Shown piece after piece: positions 46,129-57,291 of a stretch of 64,000 bases of DNA. A program made the translations under genes and the position numbers. Origin of the DNA: Gemmatimonadales bacterium (GTDB lineage: Bacteria > Gemmatimonadota > Gemmatimonadetes > Gemmatimonadales > GWC2-71-9); NCBI GenBank assembly GCA_041613315.1, contig JBFJHJ010000003.1, positions 50,026 to 114,025 of the forward strand, written 5' to 3'. The notes below the pieces were generated by a model, which searched no databases, was not told where the DNA came from, and saw only the letters and a list, made by a program, of their open reading frames with translations. Every line of letters starts with the position of its first letter. Within the stretch, counting starts at the first letter, position 1.

Positions 46129-46924
46129 CCGCGTTCTCGCCGTCGTCGGCGATCCGGTCGCGCACTCCGTCTCCCCCGCGATGCACAACGCCGCCATCGC
46201 GGCCCGCGGTCTCGACGCCGCCTACGTCGCCATCCGTGCCGACCGGGCGGCCGTCCCACATCTGATCCGCGGCTTCGAAGCGGTGGGGATCGCCGGCAAC
46301 GTCACGGTGCCCCACAAAGTCACCGTTGCCGCCCTGCTCATCCGGCTGACCGCTATTGCCAAGGAGCTGGGGGCCGTCAACACCTTCTGGCCGGACGGCG
46401 GCCGACTGGTGGGGGACAACACCGACGTCGCCGGCGTCCTCGACGCCCTGGATGCGCTGCACGCCGATGGCCCCTGGCTCCTCGCCGGAACGGGCGGCGC
46501 GGCCCGGGCCGTCGCGGCCGCCGCGCGCGACCGGGGCACGCCCCTCCTCGTCCGCTCGCGGGACCCGGAGCGGGCCCGCGATTTCGTGCGCTGGGCACGT
46601 GATCTCGGCGTCGCGGAGGTCCGGACCGACGACCGAAGCCGCGTCGGCACGGCGATCAACGCCACGCCGCTGGGTCTGCACGCCGCGGATGATCTGCCGA
46701 TCCCCGGCGACCGACTCGACGGCTGCCGCGTGGTCCTGGACCTGGTCTATGCCCCGGGAGGGACCCGGTGGGTGCGTCGCGCGTTGGAGCGGGGGATAGC
46801 GGCGGCCGATGGCCGCGCCGTCGTGGTGGCGCAGGGGACGCACGCGTTCGAGCGGTTCTTTCCGGGTGTTCGAGCGCCACGCGACGTCATGGCCGCGGCG
46901 GTCGAACGCGCGCTGGCCCCGTGA
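46109..46924 (+). CDS. aroE: shikimate dehydrogenase
   Basis: HSVSPAMHN, NVTVPHK, GAVNT, DNTD, GTGGAARA, NATPLG, DLVY. Confidence 0.93.
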   Translation: MQIGTSSRVLAVVGDPVAHSVSPAMHNAAIAARGLDAAYVAIRADRAAVPHLIRGFEAVGIAGNVTVPHKVTVAALLIRLTAIAKELGAVNTFWPDGGRLVGDNTDVAGVLDALDALHADGPWLLAGTGGAARAVAAAARDRGTPLLVRSRDPERARDFVRWARDLGVAEVRTDDRSRVGTAINATPLGLHAADDLPIPGDRLDGCRVVLDLVYAPGGTRWVRRALERGIAAADGRAVVVAQGTHAFERFFPGVRAPRDVMAAAVERALAP

Positions 46925-47670
46925 TCGCCTCCCTCCGCGCCCTCGAGCGCTTTCTCTTGCCGAACGCCTGTGTCGCGTGCGGCCGGGCGATCTCGCCGGC
47001 CACACGCGACGCGCTGGTCTGCAGCGTCTGCCGCGCGCGGCTCAGACCCCTCGGGCCGGGGTGCACGCGCTGCCGCCAGCCGCTCCCGCCGGTGGGCCCG
47101 TGCCGCTTGTGTGCCGACTGGCCGGCGGCCCTCACCTGGGTGCGGAGCTCCGTGTGGCTGGGCGACGAAGCCCGAGAGATGATTCACCACGCGAAGTACG
47201 AGGGGTACCACGCGCTGGGCGGCGCTATGGCTGAGGTCATCGCGCGCACCGTGCCGCGTCCGGCGCACGGATGTCTGGTCCCGGTCCCGCTCGCCCGTGC
47301 GCGGCTGCGACGCCGCGGCTACAACCAGGCGGCGGCGATCGCCGAGGCCCTCGGCGCGCGCTGGCGACTCCCCCTCGTCGACGGCCTCATCGCGCGGACG
47401 CGCGAGACGCGCTCGCAAACGGCGCTCACTCCGGAGGCCCGAACGGCGAACATGCGTGGGGCGTTCGTCGCAACTCCGGCGGGCCGCGACGCGGCGGTAA
47501 CGGCGGCGAGCCGGCACGGAGTCCCGGTTATATTGGTGGACGACGTACTCACCACTGGAGCGACGCTCGCCGCCGCCGCCGCCGCGCTCGCGGCCGGAGG
47601 CCAGCGCGAGATCGCCGCGGTGACCTTCGCGCGGGCGGTCCCCTACGCCCGCGCGGGCGCCGATGAGTGA
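46921..47670 (+). CDS. ComF family protein (double zinc ribbon plus PRTase)
   Basis: four Cxx[18 protein letters not shown]. Confidence 0.92.
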   Translation: MIASLRALERFLLPNACVACGRAISPATRDALVCSVCRARLRPLGPGCTRCRQPLPPVGPCRLCADWPAALTWVRSSVWLGDEAREMIHHAKYEGYHALGGAMAEVIARTVPRPAHGCLVPVPLARARLRRRGYNQAAAIAEALGARWRLPLVDGLIARTRETRSQTALTPEARTANMRGAFVATPAGRDAAVTAASRHGVPVILVDDVLTTGATLAAAAAALAAGGQREIAAVTFARAVPYARAGADE

Positions 47671-47702
47671 GTCGACTTCTCACGCTCGACATGAGGGTAC
47701 GC

Positions 47703-48713
47703 ATGGCGGTCAAGGTCGCGATCAACGGATTTGGACGCATCGGCCGGAACGTGGTTCGGGCGGCGCTGAAGAGTGGGGCGAAACTGGAGTTCGTCGCGGT
47801 GAACGACCTCACCGACGCCGCGACCCTGGCCCACCTGCTCAAGTACGACTCCGTCCACGGACGCTTCGCGGGCACCGTGGAGGCGGACGGGAACAGCATC
47901 TGCGTCAACGGGAAGACGATGCGCGTGCTCTCGGAAAAGGACCCGGCCAAACTCCCCTGGAAGGAGCTGCACGCCGACCTGGTGCTCGAGTCCACGGGCA
48001 TCTTCACGGCGCGCGACAAGGCGGCGGCCCACCTGGCGGCCGGCGCCAAGAAGGTCGTGATCTCGGCGCCGGCCAAGAACGAAGACCTGACCGTCGTGAT
48101 CGGCGTCAACCACACCGCCTACGACCACGCGAAGCACCACATCATCTCCAACGCGTCCTGTACGACGAACTGCCTGGTGCCGGTGGTCAAGGTGATCCGC
48201 GACGCCTTCGGATTCGAGCGCGGCTTCATGACCACGATTCACAGCTACACGAACGATCAGCGGATTCTCGACCTGCCCCACAAGGACCTGCGGCGCGCCC
48301 GGGCCGCCGCCCTCAACATCATCCCGACGACGACGGGTGCCGCTCGTGCCACGGCGCTGGTCATTCCGGAGGTGCAGGGGCGCATTGACGGCGTGGCCCT
48401 GCGGGTGCCCACGGCCGACGTCTCCGTCGTGGACCTGACCTGCCTCGTCAGCAAGTCGGTGACCACCGACCAGGTCAACGACGCGTTCCGCGCAGCCGCG
48501 GCGGGACCGCTCGAGGGTATCCTGGCCGTGAGCGACGAGCCTCTCGTCTCGGGCGACTATATCGGGGATCTCCATTCGAGCACTGTTGACGCGATGAGCA
48601 CGAACGTGATCGACGGCACCCTGGTCCACGTGTCATCGTGGTACGACAACGAGATGGGCTACTCCGCCCGCTGCGTCGATCTCCTGCGCTACATCGGCGA
48701 GCGTCTGGGGTGA
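47703..48713 (+). CDS. gap: glyceraldehyde-3-phosphate dehydrogenase type I
   Basis: [22 protein letters not shown]. Confidence 0.98.
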   Translation: MAVKVAINGFGRIGRNVVRAALKSGAKLEFVAVNDLTDAATLAHLLKYDSVHGRFAGTVEADGNSICVNGKTMRVLSEKDPAKLPWKELHADLVLESTGIFTARDKAAAHLAAGAKKVVISAPAKNEDLTVVIGVNHTAYDHAKHHIISNASCTTNCLVPVVKVIRDAFGFERGFMTTIHSYTNDQRILDLPHKDLRRARAAALNIIPTTTGAARATALVIPEVQGRIDGVALRVPTADVSVVDLTCLVSKSVTTDQVNDAFRAAAAGPLEGILAVSDEPLVSGDYIGDLHSSTVDAMSTNVIDGTLVHVSSWYDNEMGYSARCVDLLRYIGERLG

Positions 48714-49921
48714 CCGCCGCCGCCGGACTCGCAAAGCGTACCCTTGCCTCCTTGGACGGACAGCCGCTCGAAGGCCTGCGGGCTTTCGTGCGCGTGGACT
48801 TCAACGTTCCGATCGCCAACGGGCGGGTTACCGATGCCACGCGGATCCACGCAGGCCTGCCGACACTCCAGTGGCTCCGGTCTCACGGGTGCCGAGTGAT
48901 CATTGCCTCGCATCTGGGCCGCCCCCAGGGCCGACCCGACCCGGCCTACTCGCTCCGCCCCGTCATCCCCATCCTCGAGCACGCGCTCGGCATCCCGGTC
49001 GAGTTGCTCGTGGATCCGCTCGCGGAGGACGCGCCCCGCCGCACCAAGTTGTTGAGGCGCGGCGACGTCCTGCTGCTGGAGAATACGCGGTTCCTCCCCG
49101 GCGAAGAGCGGAATGATGCGCCATTGGCCGAGCGGCTGGCACTGCTTGGCGACTTCTACGTCAACGACGCCTTCGGCGCGGCCCACCGGGCGCACGCCTC
49201 GACCGAAGCGGTGGCGCATCTCCTCAAACCCGCCGTAGCCGGGTTCCTGATGGAGCGCGAGCTCCGGTACCTGCAAGGAGCCCTGACGGACCCGGCGCGA
49301 CCGTTCCTCGCGATCATGGGCGGCGCCAAGATCTCGGGTAAGATCGACGTGATCGAAGCGCTGCTGCCCAAAGTGGACGCCATCCTGATCGGCGGTGCGA
49401 TGGCCTGCACGTTCTTCGTCGCCATGGGCTTCGAGGTCGGCACGTCACTGGTCGAGCGCGACCGCGTCGAGGTGGCGCGCCACCTGTTGGACACCGCGGG
49501 AGCCACGCTGGTCCTCCCGGAGACCGTGACTATTGCCCCGGCGCTCGCCACCGATGTCGAGACGCGCAGCGTCCGGCGTGAGGCGATCCCGCCCGGCTGG
49601 GCGGTCTACGACATCGATCAACGCGCGGCGCGGCAGTTCGCGGACCGGATTGCCACGGCCCGCACGGTCCTCTGGAACGGCCCCATGGGGGTCTTCGAGA
49701 CCCCGCCCTTCGACGCGGGTACCCGCGCCATTGCCCGCGCCCTCGCCGACGCGACGGCCAAGGGGGTCACGACGATCGTCGGCGGCGGCGACTCGGCCGC
49801 GGCCATCGCCGCCGCGGGACTCGAGGAGCACGTATCCCACGTCTCCACCGGGGGAGGCGCCTCCCTCGAGCTGCTGGAAGGGAAGGCGCTGCCCGGTGTC
49901 GAAGCCCTCGACGACGCATGA
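48710..49921 (+). CDS. pgk: phosphoglycerate kinase
   Basis: [39 protein letters not shown]. Confidence 0.97.
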   Translation: MTAAAGLAKRTLASLDGQPLEGLRAFVRVDFNVPIANGRVTDATRIHAGLPTLQWLRSHGCRVIIASHLGRPQGRPDPAYSLRPVIPILEHALGIPVELLVDPLAEDAPRRTKLLRRGDVLLLENTRFLPGEERNDAPLAERLALLGDFYVNDAFGAAHRAHASTEAVAHLLKPAVAGFLMERELRYLQGALTDPARPFLAIMGGAKISGKIDVIEALLPKVDAILIGGAMACTFFVAMGFEVGTSLVERDRVEVARHLLDTAGATLVLPETVTIAPALATDVETRSVRREAIPPGWAVYDIDQRAARQFADRIATARTVLWNGPMGVFETPPFDAGTRAIARALADATAKGVTTIVGGGDSAAAIAAAGLEEHVSHVSTGGGASLELLEGKALPGVEALDDA

Positions 49922-50667
49922 CCACCCGCATCTTCGCGGCGAACTGGAAGATGCATCTGGGGCCCGAGGGCGCCCGGCAATTCATGGCGACGTTCCTTCA
50001 GCATTACCGGTCCCTCCCCGGCCGTGAAGTCTGGTTCTTTCCGTCGGCGGTGGCGCTCGAAACGCTCGCCAACCTGGTCCGCGACCGGCCCGAGATTCGC
50101 GTCGGCGCCCAGCACGTCCATTGGGAACCCAGTGGCGCGTACACCGGCGAAACGAGCATCCCCATGATCCGGGAAGCCGGCGCCGCCGCCGCGCTCGTCG
50201 GCCACTCCGAACGTCGCCACGTGTTCGGCGAGACCGATGAGGACACCGCGCGCCAAGTGCGGGCCGTGCTCGAGCACGGGCTCATCCCCATGCTCTGCGT
50301 GGGGGAGACGATCGAACAGCGGGAGCACGGAGCCACGCTCGAAGTCGTGGTGCGCCAGCTAGGCGCGCTCGCCGGTCTCGACCCGGCGCAGCTCGCGCGC
50401 GTGACGATCGCCTATGAGCCGGTATGGGCCATCGGCACGGGCCGGACCGCGACGTCACGGGACGCGGCTGAGGTTCATGGTCACATCCGTCGCTGGCTCG
50501 GGCAACAGGGGGCGCCCGCAGAAACCATCCCCGTGCTCTACGGTGGGAGCGTCAAGCCCACCAACCTCAGGGAGCTCGTCACGACGCGGGACATCGACGG
50601 TGTGCTGGTCGGGGGCGCATCGCTCGATCCGGTACAGTGGGCGGCGATGACCGCGACGGCCGATTGA
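49918..50667 (+). CDS. tpiA: triosephosphate isomerase
   Basis: ANWKM, GHSERR, AYEPVWAIGTG, YGGSV, VGGASL. Confidence 0.97.
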   Translation: MTTRIFAANWKMHLGPEGARQFMATFLQHYRSLPGREVWFFPSAVALETLANLVRDRPEIRVGAQHVHWEPSGAYTGETSIPMIREAGAAAALVGHSERRHVFGETDEDTARQVRAVLEHGLIPMLCVGETIEQREHGATLEVVVRQLGALAGLDPAQLARVTIAYEPVWAIGTGRTATSRDAAEVHGHIRRWLGQQGAPAETIPVLYGGSVKPTNLRELVTTRDIDGVLVGGASLDPVQWAAMTATAD

Positions 50668-50713
50668 CCGGCAGGCCACGGACCGCTATCTTCCGCCGCG
50701 ACTGGGGATTACG

Positions 50714-51067
50714 ATGCTCTACACGATTCTGCTCGCTATCCTGATCATCATCTGCGCGGTCCTCGTGGTCGCCGTGCTCCTTCAAGCCGGCACCGGCGGG
50801 GGCTTGGCCGCTATGGGTGGGGGGGCGTCGACCGAGACGTTCTTCGGCGGCCGGCAGGCAACGACCATTCTCACCAAAGCCAGTTGGTGGCTGGGCGGGA
50901 TCTTCCTGGGCATCGCCCTGATTCTCTCCGCCATGAGTTCGAACCAATCGCAGCCGCGCTCCGTGCTCGAAACCGAGCCGGTGGTGCCCACGCCGGTAGC
51001 GCCCGCCGCACCGCTCCCGCTCGACTTGGAGCAACCACCACAGCAACCCCAGCCGGGCCGGAACTGA
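50714..51067 (+). CDS. secG: preprotein translocase subunit SecG
   Basis: VLLQ..GGGL..GG, FGGR, LTK; follows tpiA; promoter TTGACC-17-TATCTT at 50664-50692. Confidence 0.92.
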   Translation: MLYTILLAILIIICAVLVVAVLLQAGTGGGLAAMGGGASTETFFGGRQATTILTKASWWLGGIFLGIALILSAMSSNQSQPRSVLETEPVVPTPVAPAAPLPLDLEQPPQQPQPGRN

Positions 51068-51068
51068 C

Positions 51069-52187
51069 GTGACAGCGGCGGCGCCCGCCTACGTGCTCCT
51101 CGAAGACGGCGCGTGGTTCTCGGGAACAACGCGCCGTTCGTTTTTCCCGACCGCCGGCGAGGTAGTCTTCACGACCAACCTGACCGGCTACCAAGAGGTC
51201 TTCACGGATCCGTCGTACCTGGGCCAGATCGTGGTGATGACGGCACCGATGATCGGCAACTATGGGATCAACGACGAAGACCTCGAATCGGGCGGGCCCC
51301 AGGTGACCGCCGTCGTCGTGCGCGAGCTGGCCCGGGAGTACTCGAATTGGAGGGCGTCGGGCGGGCTCGATGACTGGCTGGGCGCCCGCAACATCCCTGC
51401 CGTCGAAGGGGTGGACACCCGTCGCCTCGCCCGCCACATCCGCTCGGCGGGCGCCATGCGGGGGATTGTGGCGCCGGGCGAGCGCCCCTCGGACGCGGTC
51501 CGTGCGCGCCTCGCTTCCAGCCCTCGCATGGAAGGGCTGGATCTGGCCTCTCGCGCGACGACCGACCGGACCTGGACGTCGGGCGATCACGCCGCGTCCT
51601 GCCACGTCGTGGCCGTGGATTTCGGGATGAAGCGGAACATCCTCCGGCTCCTCACGGCGCTGGGATGCCGAGTCACGGTGGTGCCAGCCGACACCCCAGC
51701 GGCCCGGATCCGCGAGTTGGCCCCCGACGGGCTGTTTCTGTCCAACGGCCCCGGGGATCCCGCGGCTGTGGGGTATGCGCTTCCCGCCATCCGAGAGCTG
51801 GTGGAGGCCAGCTTGCCCACGTTCGGGATCTGTCTCGGGGCCCAGCTCCTGGCGCTGGCCCTGGGCGGGGCGACCGCGAAGCTCCCCTACGGCCACCGTG
51901 GCGGCAACCACCCGGTGCGGGATCTCGAGACGGGGCGGATTCTCATCACGAGCCAGAATCACGGATTTGCCGTCGTGGGAAAGGGTAAGGCCGTCCCAGG
52001 TGCCAAATCACTTGAGGTCACGCACCGTAACCTCAACGATGACACCGTAGAAGGTGTACGGCACATCGAGCTTCCGGCATTCGCGGTGCAGTACCATCCG
52101 GAGGCCTCGCCGGGTCCCCATGACGCGAGAGGGCACTTCGGCCAATTCGTCCAAGCTCTTGACAGTCAACAGGTAACGGGATATTAA
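51069..52187 (+). CDS. carA: carbamoyl-phosphate synthase small subunit
   Basis: GEVVF, GYQE..TDPSY.GQ, LSNGPGDP, GICLG, QYHPEASPGPHD. Confidence 0.96.
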   Translation: MTAAAPAYVLLEDGAWFSGTTRRSFFPTAGEVVFTTNLTGYQEVFTDPSYLGQIVVMTAPMIGNYGINDEDLESGGPQVTAVVVRELAREYSNWRASGGLDDWLGARNIPAVEGVDTRRLARHIRSAGAMRGIVAPGERPSDAVRARLASSPRMEGLDLASRATTDRTWTSGDHAASCHVVAVDFGMKRNILRLLTALGCRVTVVPADTPAARIRELAPDGLFLSNGPGDPAAVGYALPAIRELVEASLPTFGICLGAQLLALALGGATAKLPYGHRGGNHPVRDLETGRILITSQNHGFAVVGKGKAVPGAKSLEVTHRNLNDDTVEGVRHIELPAFAVQYHPEASPGPHDARGHFGQFVQALDSQQVTGY

Positions 52188-52255
52188 TGACCCCCCTGAC
52201 GCGCGCGGATAGCGGCTAGCGTTCCCGCCCTCCTGGGCTCAGTAAGAGAGGACCA

Positions 52256-52591
52256 ATGACCAAGGCGGATCTTGTCGAGAAAGTCACGGCCTCGATCGCC
52301 CGGACGGCGGGCCCGATGATCTCGAAGAAGGACTGCGGTCGGGTCGTGGACGCCTTCCTCGAAGCGGTGAAGGATGCGCTCGCGAGCCAGAGCAACATCG
52401 AGATTCGCGGGTTCGGCACGTTCAAGATCCGCATGCGCAAGACCCGGATGGCCCGCAACCCTCGAACGGGCGATCCGGTCGAGGTGGCGGCGAGGCCGGT
52501 CCCGGTGTTCAAGCCCTCGAAGGAGTTACGGGGCATGGTGGCCGCGGCGGGTGGGACGGAGACCGAGGAACGGGTGGCCCACGGATCGTAG
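52256..52591 (+). CDS. hup: HU/IHF family DNA-binding protein
   Basis: MTKADLV, IRGFGTF, ARNPRTG, FKPSKEL; promoter-like TTGACA-17-TATTAA at 52159-52187. Confidence 0.92.
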   Translation: MTKADLVEKVTASIARTAGPMISKKDCGRVVDAFLEAVKDALASQSNIEIRGFGTFKIRMRKTRMARNPRTGDPVEVAARPVPVFKPSKELRGMVAAAGGTETEERVAHGS

Positions 52592-52615
52592 GGAACGCCT
52601 GGACGGGTTGGAGAC

Positions 52616-52650
52616 ACGGGGCGGCTGCCGGCGAGCAGCCGCCCCGTTTG
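52616..52650 (+). terminator. intrinsic terminator after hup
   Basis: ACGGGGCGGCTGC/GCAGCCGCCCCGT 13 bp stem followed by a short T run. Confidence 0.7.
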
Positions 52651-52778
52651 CATGGGGCGTGACACGGCCGGACCACCGTGGAGCGTCTTGGGTGTGGGCG
52701 CGCGGAGCGGCCCGCTCTCGCGGCACTGGCACAGGGACTGGTCGCGACTCCCGGGGGGGTGGTATAGTTTTCCGGCAT

Positions 52779-53066
52779 ATGAAGTTGAGTCGCGAGCGGG
52801 CGACCGCGCCCGCCCGGACGATCTCGGTCACGTGTTTGCTCTTCGGGCGCTACGCCGAGATTGCCGGCATCGAGTGCACGGAGCTCACGTTGGACGCCCC
52901 GGCGACCGCCGCGGACGCGCTCGCGGCGCTCCGCGCCCGGGTGGCTAACGCGACGCGGCTCCCGGCCCACCCGCTGTTGGCGGTGAATCGGGAGCATGCG
53001 CCGCCGGCAGCGCCACTCGGTGACGGTGACGAGGTGGCGATCTTGCCGCCCTTGGCGGGCGGATGA
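52779..53066 (+). CDS. moaD: molybdopterin synthase sulfur carrier subunit
   Basis: LLFG, AVN, DGDEVAILPPLAGG with C-terminal GG. Confidence 0.9.
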   Translation: MKLSRERATAPARTISVTCLLFGRYAEIAGIECTELTLDAPATAADALAALRARVANATRLPAHPLLAVNREHAPPAAPLGDGDEVAILPPLAGG

Positions 53067-53518
53067 GCGTGGACTATCTCACCTTCGATCCGATTGACCC
53101 TGCCGGTCTGGTGGCCGAGGTCGCCGATGCCGGCTGCGGCGGCGCGGTGCTGTTTCTTGGCTCCGTGCGGCGCAGCACCGAGGACGGTGCCGTCGAGGCG
53201 ATCGCCTATTCGGCCTACGAGGCGATGGCGGTCGCTGAGTTCGACCGGATCCTTGCCGCGGCGGCGGCCCAGTGGCCCTCCGCCCGGTTCGCGGCCCGGC
53301 ATCGCCTGGGCGTGGTACCGACGGGCGAGCCCAGCATTGCCGTCGCGGCGGCGGCGCCGCACCGGGACGAGGCCTTCGCGGCGTGTCGGTTTGTGATCGA
53401 CGAGGCGAAGCGGCGCCTGCCGGTGTGGAAGAAGGAGCGGTTCGCGGACGGCACGACCCGCTGGCGCGAGGATCCCCGGACGGCGGCAGCCGCCGCCGAG
53501 CCGCCGCCGGACGGCTGA
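53063..53518 (+). CDS. moaE: molybdopterin synthase catalytic subunit
   Basis: GGAVLFLG.VR, AY..MA, HRLG, APHR..AF, PVWKKE. Confidence 0.93.
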   Translation: MSVDYLTFDPIDPAGLVAEVADAGCGGAVLFLGSVRRSTEDGAVEAIAYSAYEAMAVAEFDRILAAAAAQWPSARFAARHRLGVVPTGEPSIAVAAAAPHRDEAFAACRFVIDEAKRRLPVWKKERFADGTTRWREDPRTAAAAAEPPPDG

Positions 53519-54030
53519 TGGGACTGTCCATCGCGCTGATCGAGCCGCAGATCCCCCCCAACACCGGCAACATCGCGCGACTCTGTGCGGCCACCGATAC
53601 CGCTCTCCATCTGATCGGCCCGCTCGGGTTTTCCGTGGAGGACGACGAGCTCCGGCGGGCAGGGCTGGATTATTGGAGCGCGGTGGATCTGTGGATGCAC
53701 CCCGACTGGCGCGCGTTCCGCTCCGCCGTCTCGCGGGACCGGTGCCTGTATTTCTCCGCTCACGGCCACCGCTCGTATCTCGAGGCGCCCTATACCCCCA
53801 ACGCGGTCCTGGTTTTCGGCAACGAGACCGACGGCATGCCGGAGCGCATCCGCGAGAAACACGCGGAGCAGATCTACCGGATACCGATGCGCGGCGCCGT
53901 ACGGAGTCTCAACCTGGCGACCGCCGCCGGGATCGTGCTGTACGAAGCACTACGCCGCGTGGAGGCCGATCTCGCCGATCCCGTCCTCGGGCGGGCGCAT
54001 GCTGACCCCAGTCCTCATGGAGCATCATGA
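53518..54030 (+). CDS. trmL: tRNA (cytidine(34)-2'-O)-methyltransferase
   Basis: [35 protein letters not shown]. Confidence 0.94.
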   Translation: MGLSIALIEPQIPPNTGNIARLCAATDTALHLIGPLGFSVEDDELRRAGLDYWSAVDLWMHPDWRAFRSAVSRDRCLYFSAHGHRSYLEAPYTPNAVLVFGNETDGMPERIREKHAEQIYRIPMRGAVRSLNLATAAGIVLYEALRRVEADLADPVLGRAHADPSPHGAS

Positions 54031-54953
54031 ACAAGATCACGATTGTCGGCGCAGGGAACGTGGGCGCCACGGCGGCCCAGCGCCTTGCGGAAAAAGAGCT
54101 CGCCCGAACGGTGGTGCTGGTGGACATCGTCGAGGGCGTGCCCCAGGGCAAGGGACTCGACCAGTGGGAGTCAGCGCCGATCGAGGGCTTCGACTCGCGC
54201 GTCGTCGGGGCGAACGACTACGGGCCGGCCGCGGGAAGTGAGTTGGTGATCGTCACCGCGGGCATCGCCCGCAAACCAGGCATGAGCCGCGACGACCTCG
54301 TGAAGACCAACGCCGGCATCGTCAAGTCGGTGAGCCAGGAGGTCCGGCAGACGTGCCCGGACGCCATCGTGATCGTCGTGTCCAATCCGCTCGATGTGAT
54401 GTGCTGGGTCGCCAAGGAGACGACGGGATTCCCGCGCGAGCGCGTGATCGGGATGGCGGGCGTGCTCGACACCGCCCGCTATCGGAGCTTCCTGGCCGAG
54501 GCACTGGATGTGTCGGTGGAGGACATCCAGGCAATGGTCCTGGGCGGTCATGGGGACACGATGGTGCCGCTCGTGTCCTACACCACGGTGAGCGGCGTTC
54601 CGGTCACGCAGCTCATCGCGCGCGCGCAACTGGAGGCGATTGTCCAGCGCACGCGCAACGGGGGGGCGGAGATCGTGCAGCACCTGAAGACCGGATCGGC
54701 CTACTACGCCCCTTCCGCCGCCGCGGTCCAGATGGCCGAGGCGATCGTGAAACACAAGCGGCGCATCTTGCCGTGCGCCGCATGGCTCGAGGGCGAGTAC
54801 GGCTTCGAGGGCCTGTACCTGGGCGTGCCATGCAAGCTGGGGGCCCGCGGCCTCGAAGCGATCATCGAGGTCGAGCTGACTCGAGAAGAGCGGGCGGCGT
54901 TGGAGCGGTCCGCGGAGGCGGTGCGCGCCACCATGAAAGCCGTGCAGCTCTGA
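54027..54953 (+). CDS. mdh: malate dehydrogenase (LDH-like)
   Basis: [37 protein letters not shown]. Confidence 0.96.
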   Translation: MNKITIVGAGNVGATAAQRLAEKELARTVVLVDIVEGVPQGKGLDQWESAPIEGFDSRVVGANDYGPAAGSELVIVTAGIARKPGMSRDDLVKTNAGIVKSVSQEVRQTCPDAIVIVVSNPLDVMCWVAKETTGFPRERVIGMAGVLDTARYRSFLAEALDVSVEDIQAMVLGGHGDTMVPLVSYTTVSGVPVTQLIARAQLEAIVQRTRNGGAEIVQHLKTGSAYYAPSAAAVQMAEAIVKHKRRILPCAAWLEGEYGFEGLYLGVPCKLGARGLEAIIEVELTREERAALERSAEAVRATMKAVQL

Positions 54954-55017
54954 CCTGGCGCGGCCGGGGGCGAGGCGTAGCTTTCGGGCCAACCCAAGCT
55001 GTCGATCAGGAGGCTCC

Positions 55018-55575
55018 ATGGTCGCTCTGTCCGCCCTCTGGCTGCCGATTCTCCTCTCGGCACTGCTCGTCTGGATCGCCAGCGCCCTCGTTTGGATGGT
55101 CCTGCCGCATCACAAGGCGGACTTCACGGCGCTGCCCAACGAAGACGCCGTCCGGGGCGCCCTGAGGCAGAACGTCACTCCGGGCCAGTACACGGTCCCC
55201 TACGCCCAGAGCTCGGCGGCCATGAAGGACCCCGACTTCATTCGCAAGTGCGAGGAAGGGCCCGTTGGCTTTCTCACGATCGTGCGCCGCGGCAAGCCGG
55301 CGATGGGAAAGCCGATGGCATTCTCGTTCGCATACAATGTCGGCATCGGGATATTGGTCGCGTATCTCGCCGGCCGCACGCTGTCCGCCGGCACCGACTA
55401 CCTCCACGTCTTCCGCGTGGTCGGGACGGCGGCCTGGCTCGGGTACGCGGGGGCGCTCTTCCCGGGGGCGATCTGGTTCGGCCAGCCGTGGAGCACGACC
55501 TGGAAGACCGTGGCCGACGGGCTCCTCTACGCCCTGCTCACTGCGGGGACCTTCGGGTGGCTCTGGCCGCGCTGA
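55018..55575 (+). CDS. conserved hypothetical membrane protein
   Basis: about four TM helices; PHHKAD, GQY..P, GWLWP end. Confidence 0.75.
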   Translation: MVALSALWLPILLSALLVWIASALVWMVLPHHKADFTALPNEDAVRGALRQNVTPGQYTVPYAQSSAAMKDPDFIRKCEEGPVGFLTIVRRGKPAMGKPMAFSFAYNVGIGILVAYLAGRTLSAGTDYLHVFRVVGTAAWLGYAGALFPGAIWFGQPWSTTWKTVADGLLYALLTAGTFGWLWPR

Positions 55576-55578
55576 CGC

Positions 55579-55989
55579 TCAGCGGCCCTCGTACGTGACG
55601 TAGTTGCGGGGGGTCTCCCACAGGACGAGGCGCGTGAGCGTGCCGGGAAGATGCCCGTCCAAGAGGCGCCAGATCACGACGACGAGGTTCTCCGTCGTGG
55701 GGTTGTGCTCCGCGAACTCGGGCACCTCGAGGTTGAGGTTCCGGTGGTCGAGCCGCTGGACCACGCGTTCCTCGGCGATGCGTTTCACGGTGCCCAGGTC
55801 GGCGACGTACCCGCTCACCGGGTCGATCTCCCCGGTGACCGTGATGTCCAACTCGTAGTTATGGCCGTGAAAGTGGGGATTGTTGCACGCCCCGTAGAGC
55901 CGACGGTTCTCGGCGTCCGACAGATCGGGGTTGTGGAGGCGGTGTGCGGAGTTGAAATGGACGCGGCGGGTGACGGCGACGGTCGGCAT
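55579..55989 (-). CDS. 6-pyruvoyl-tetrahydropterin synthase / QueD family
   Basis: FNSAHRL, CNNPHFHGHNY, LDHRNLN, PTTEN, WETPRN. Confidence 0.92.
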   Translation of the reverse strand: MPTVAVTRRVHFNSAHRLHNPDLSDAENRRLYGACNNPHFHGHNYELDITVTGEIDPVSGYVADLGTVKRIAEERVVQRLDHRNLNLEVPEFAEHNPTTENLVVVIWRLLDGHLPGTLTRLVLWETPRNYVTYEGR

Positions 55990-56112
55990 GCGGGGTAGTT
56001 ACCTGCCGGTCCTACGACGCGTCAAGCGGCGTGTGCCGAGAGCGGCCGGAGCATGGCGGCCGGCCCGGTACGCGCCGACGGGCGGTCGTCGCGCCTGCGC
56101 GACGGCGCGCCG

Positions 56113-57291
56113 TCAGTAGGGGCCGCCTCCGGTCTCCATCTTCCAGAACCCGATGCCCCCCGGTTGATGCTGGACCTCCACCGAGCCCACGCGCGCCAGC
56201 GCCCCGAGGTCGATCACGTCCACCGTCCCCCGGGTTGCTCCGATGGCTTCGTTCGAGATGAACGCGTAGCGGGAGTCCGGCGTCACGACCACCCCGTGCG
56301 TGATCGGCTGGCTCGTCGCCACTCTGGTCTCCGCGCCCGTTGAACGGTCGATGATCGCGACCGCTTGTTCGCCCTTGAGCGTAACGACGAGGTAACGGCC
56401 GTCGGGCGAGGTGTCGGCGTTGTACGGCCCCCGGCCCGTCCGGAAGCGTCGAACGATCGCCAGCGACCGCGCGTCGATCTCGAGCACCTCGCCGTTCCCG
56501 TTGCACGGCACGTAGACGAATCGGTCATCGGGACTGAGCGCCGCCCACGTCGGTTTGCAGAGGTGCTCGCCGTGGGCCATCACGTCGGCCGCATTCGGCG
56601 CCAGGAGCTGCTCCTGCCCGGGTGTCAGCGAGAGCCGCCGCGTGACGGCGAGCCGCTCGGTCGAGATCTCGACCAGTTCATCGCTCATCATGCACACCGA
56701 GTAGTGTCGCGTCCCGGCGCGGTTCACGCGGCCGCCGTGCGGCATGATGCACGTGGTGATGCGTGTGAGCTCGCTCAAGCGGGGGGTGAAGAACACGGAG
56801 ACCGAGCTCGGCATGTGGTTGCCATGGAGGTTGAAGTTGACCGCCAGCAGCATGCCGCCGTCCGGCATCAGCGCCATGCTCGCCGGGAAGAGACCCGCCG
56901 TCGCGGTGTCCACCAGCTCGTCATGACCCGTCGTGAACTTCCACACGCGCCCAAACGGCGTCCCATGCGCGAGGGACACGTACCAGTAGCGGCCGTCCGG
57001 CGACACCGTGAGCCCGTGCGGGCCGTCGAGGTCCGCGGGCATGATGCCCACGGGAATCGTCTTTTCCTCGACGAGCCCCTCGGGACCGAACCGGACGCGC
57101 GAGACGAGGTCCGACGACTCGTTGGCGACGTACACCCAGTACGTCGCGCCAGGGGGTGTGGCGTTGCGCCGCGTCTGCGCGCCCGCGGGCGCGGCCAGCC
57201 CGCCGACCAGTACCCCGGCCACCAGGAGCGACGCGAACGCGTCACGCGCCCGCACCGGCGGCAGGGCGGGGCAGGTACGAGGGGCGCTCAC
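56113..57291 (-). CDS. YncE/YVTN-type beta-propeller protein, secreted
   Basis: signal peptide, YVANE, repeated PHG / SPDG.Y.YV units; 4 bp overlap with upstream gene. Confidence 0.85.
   Translation of the reverse strand: MSAPRTCPALPPVRARDAFASLLVAGVLVGGLAAPAGAQTRRNATPPGATYWVYVANESSDLVSRVRFGPEGLVEEKTIPVGIMPADLDGPHGLTVSPDGRYWYVSLAHGTPFGRVWKFTTGHDELVDTATAGLFPASMALMPDGGMLLAVNFNLHGNHMPSSVSVFFTPRLSELTRITTCIMPHGGRVNRAGTRHYSVCMMSDELVEISTERLAVTRRLSLTPGQEQLLAPNAADVMAHGEHLCKPTWAALSPDDRFVYVPCNGNGEVLEIDARSLAIVRRFRTGRGPYNADTSPDGRYLVVTLKGEQAVAIIDRSTGAETRVATSQPITHGVVVTPDSRYAFISNEAIGATRGTVDVIDLGALARVGSVEVQHQPGGIGFWKMETGGGPY

Noticed and set aside
51069..52187. carA without adjacent carB
   Set aside because: Split carA/carB is common in bacteria
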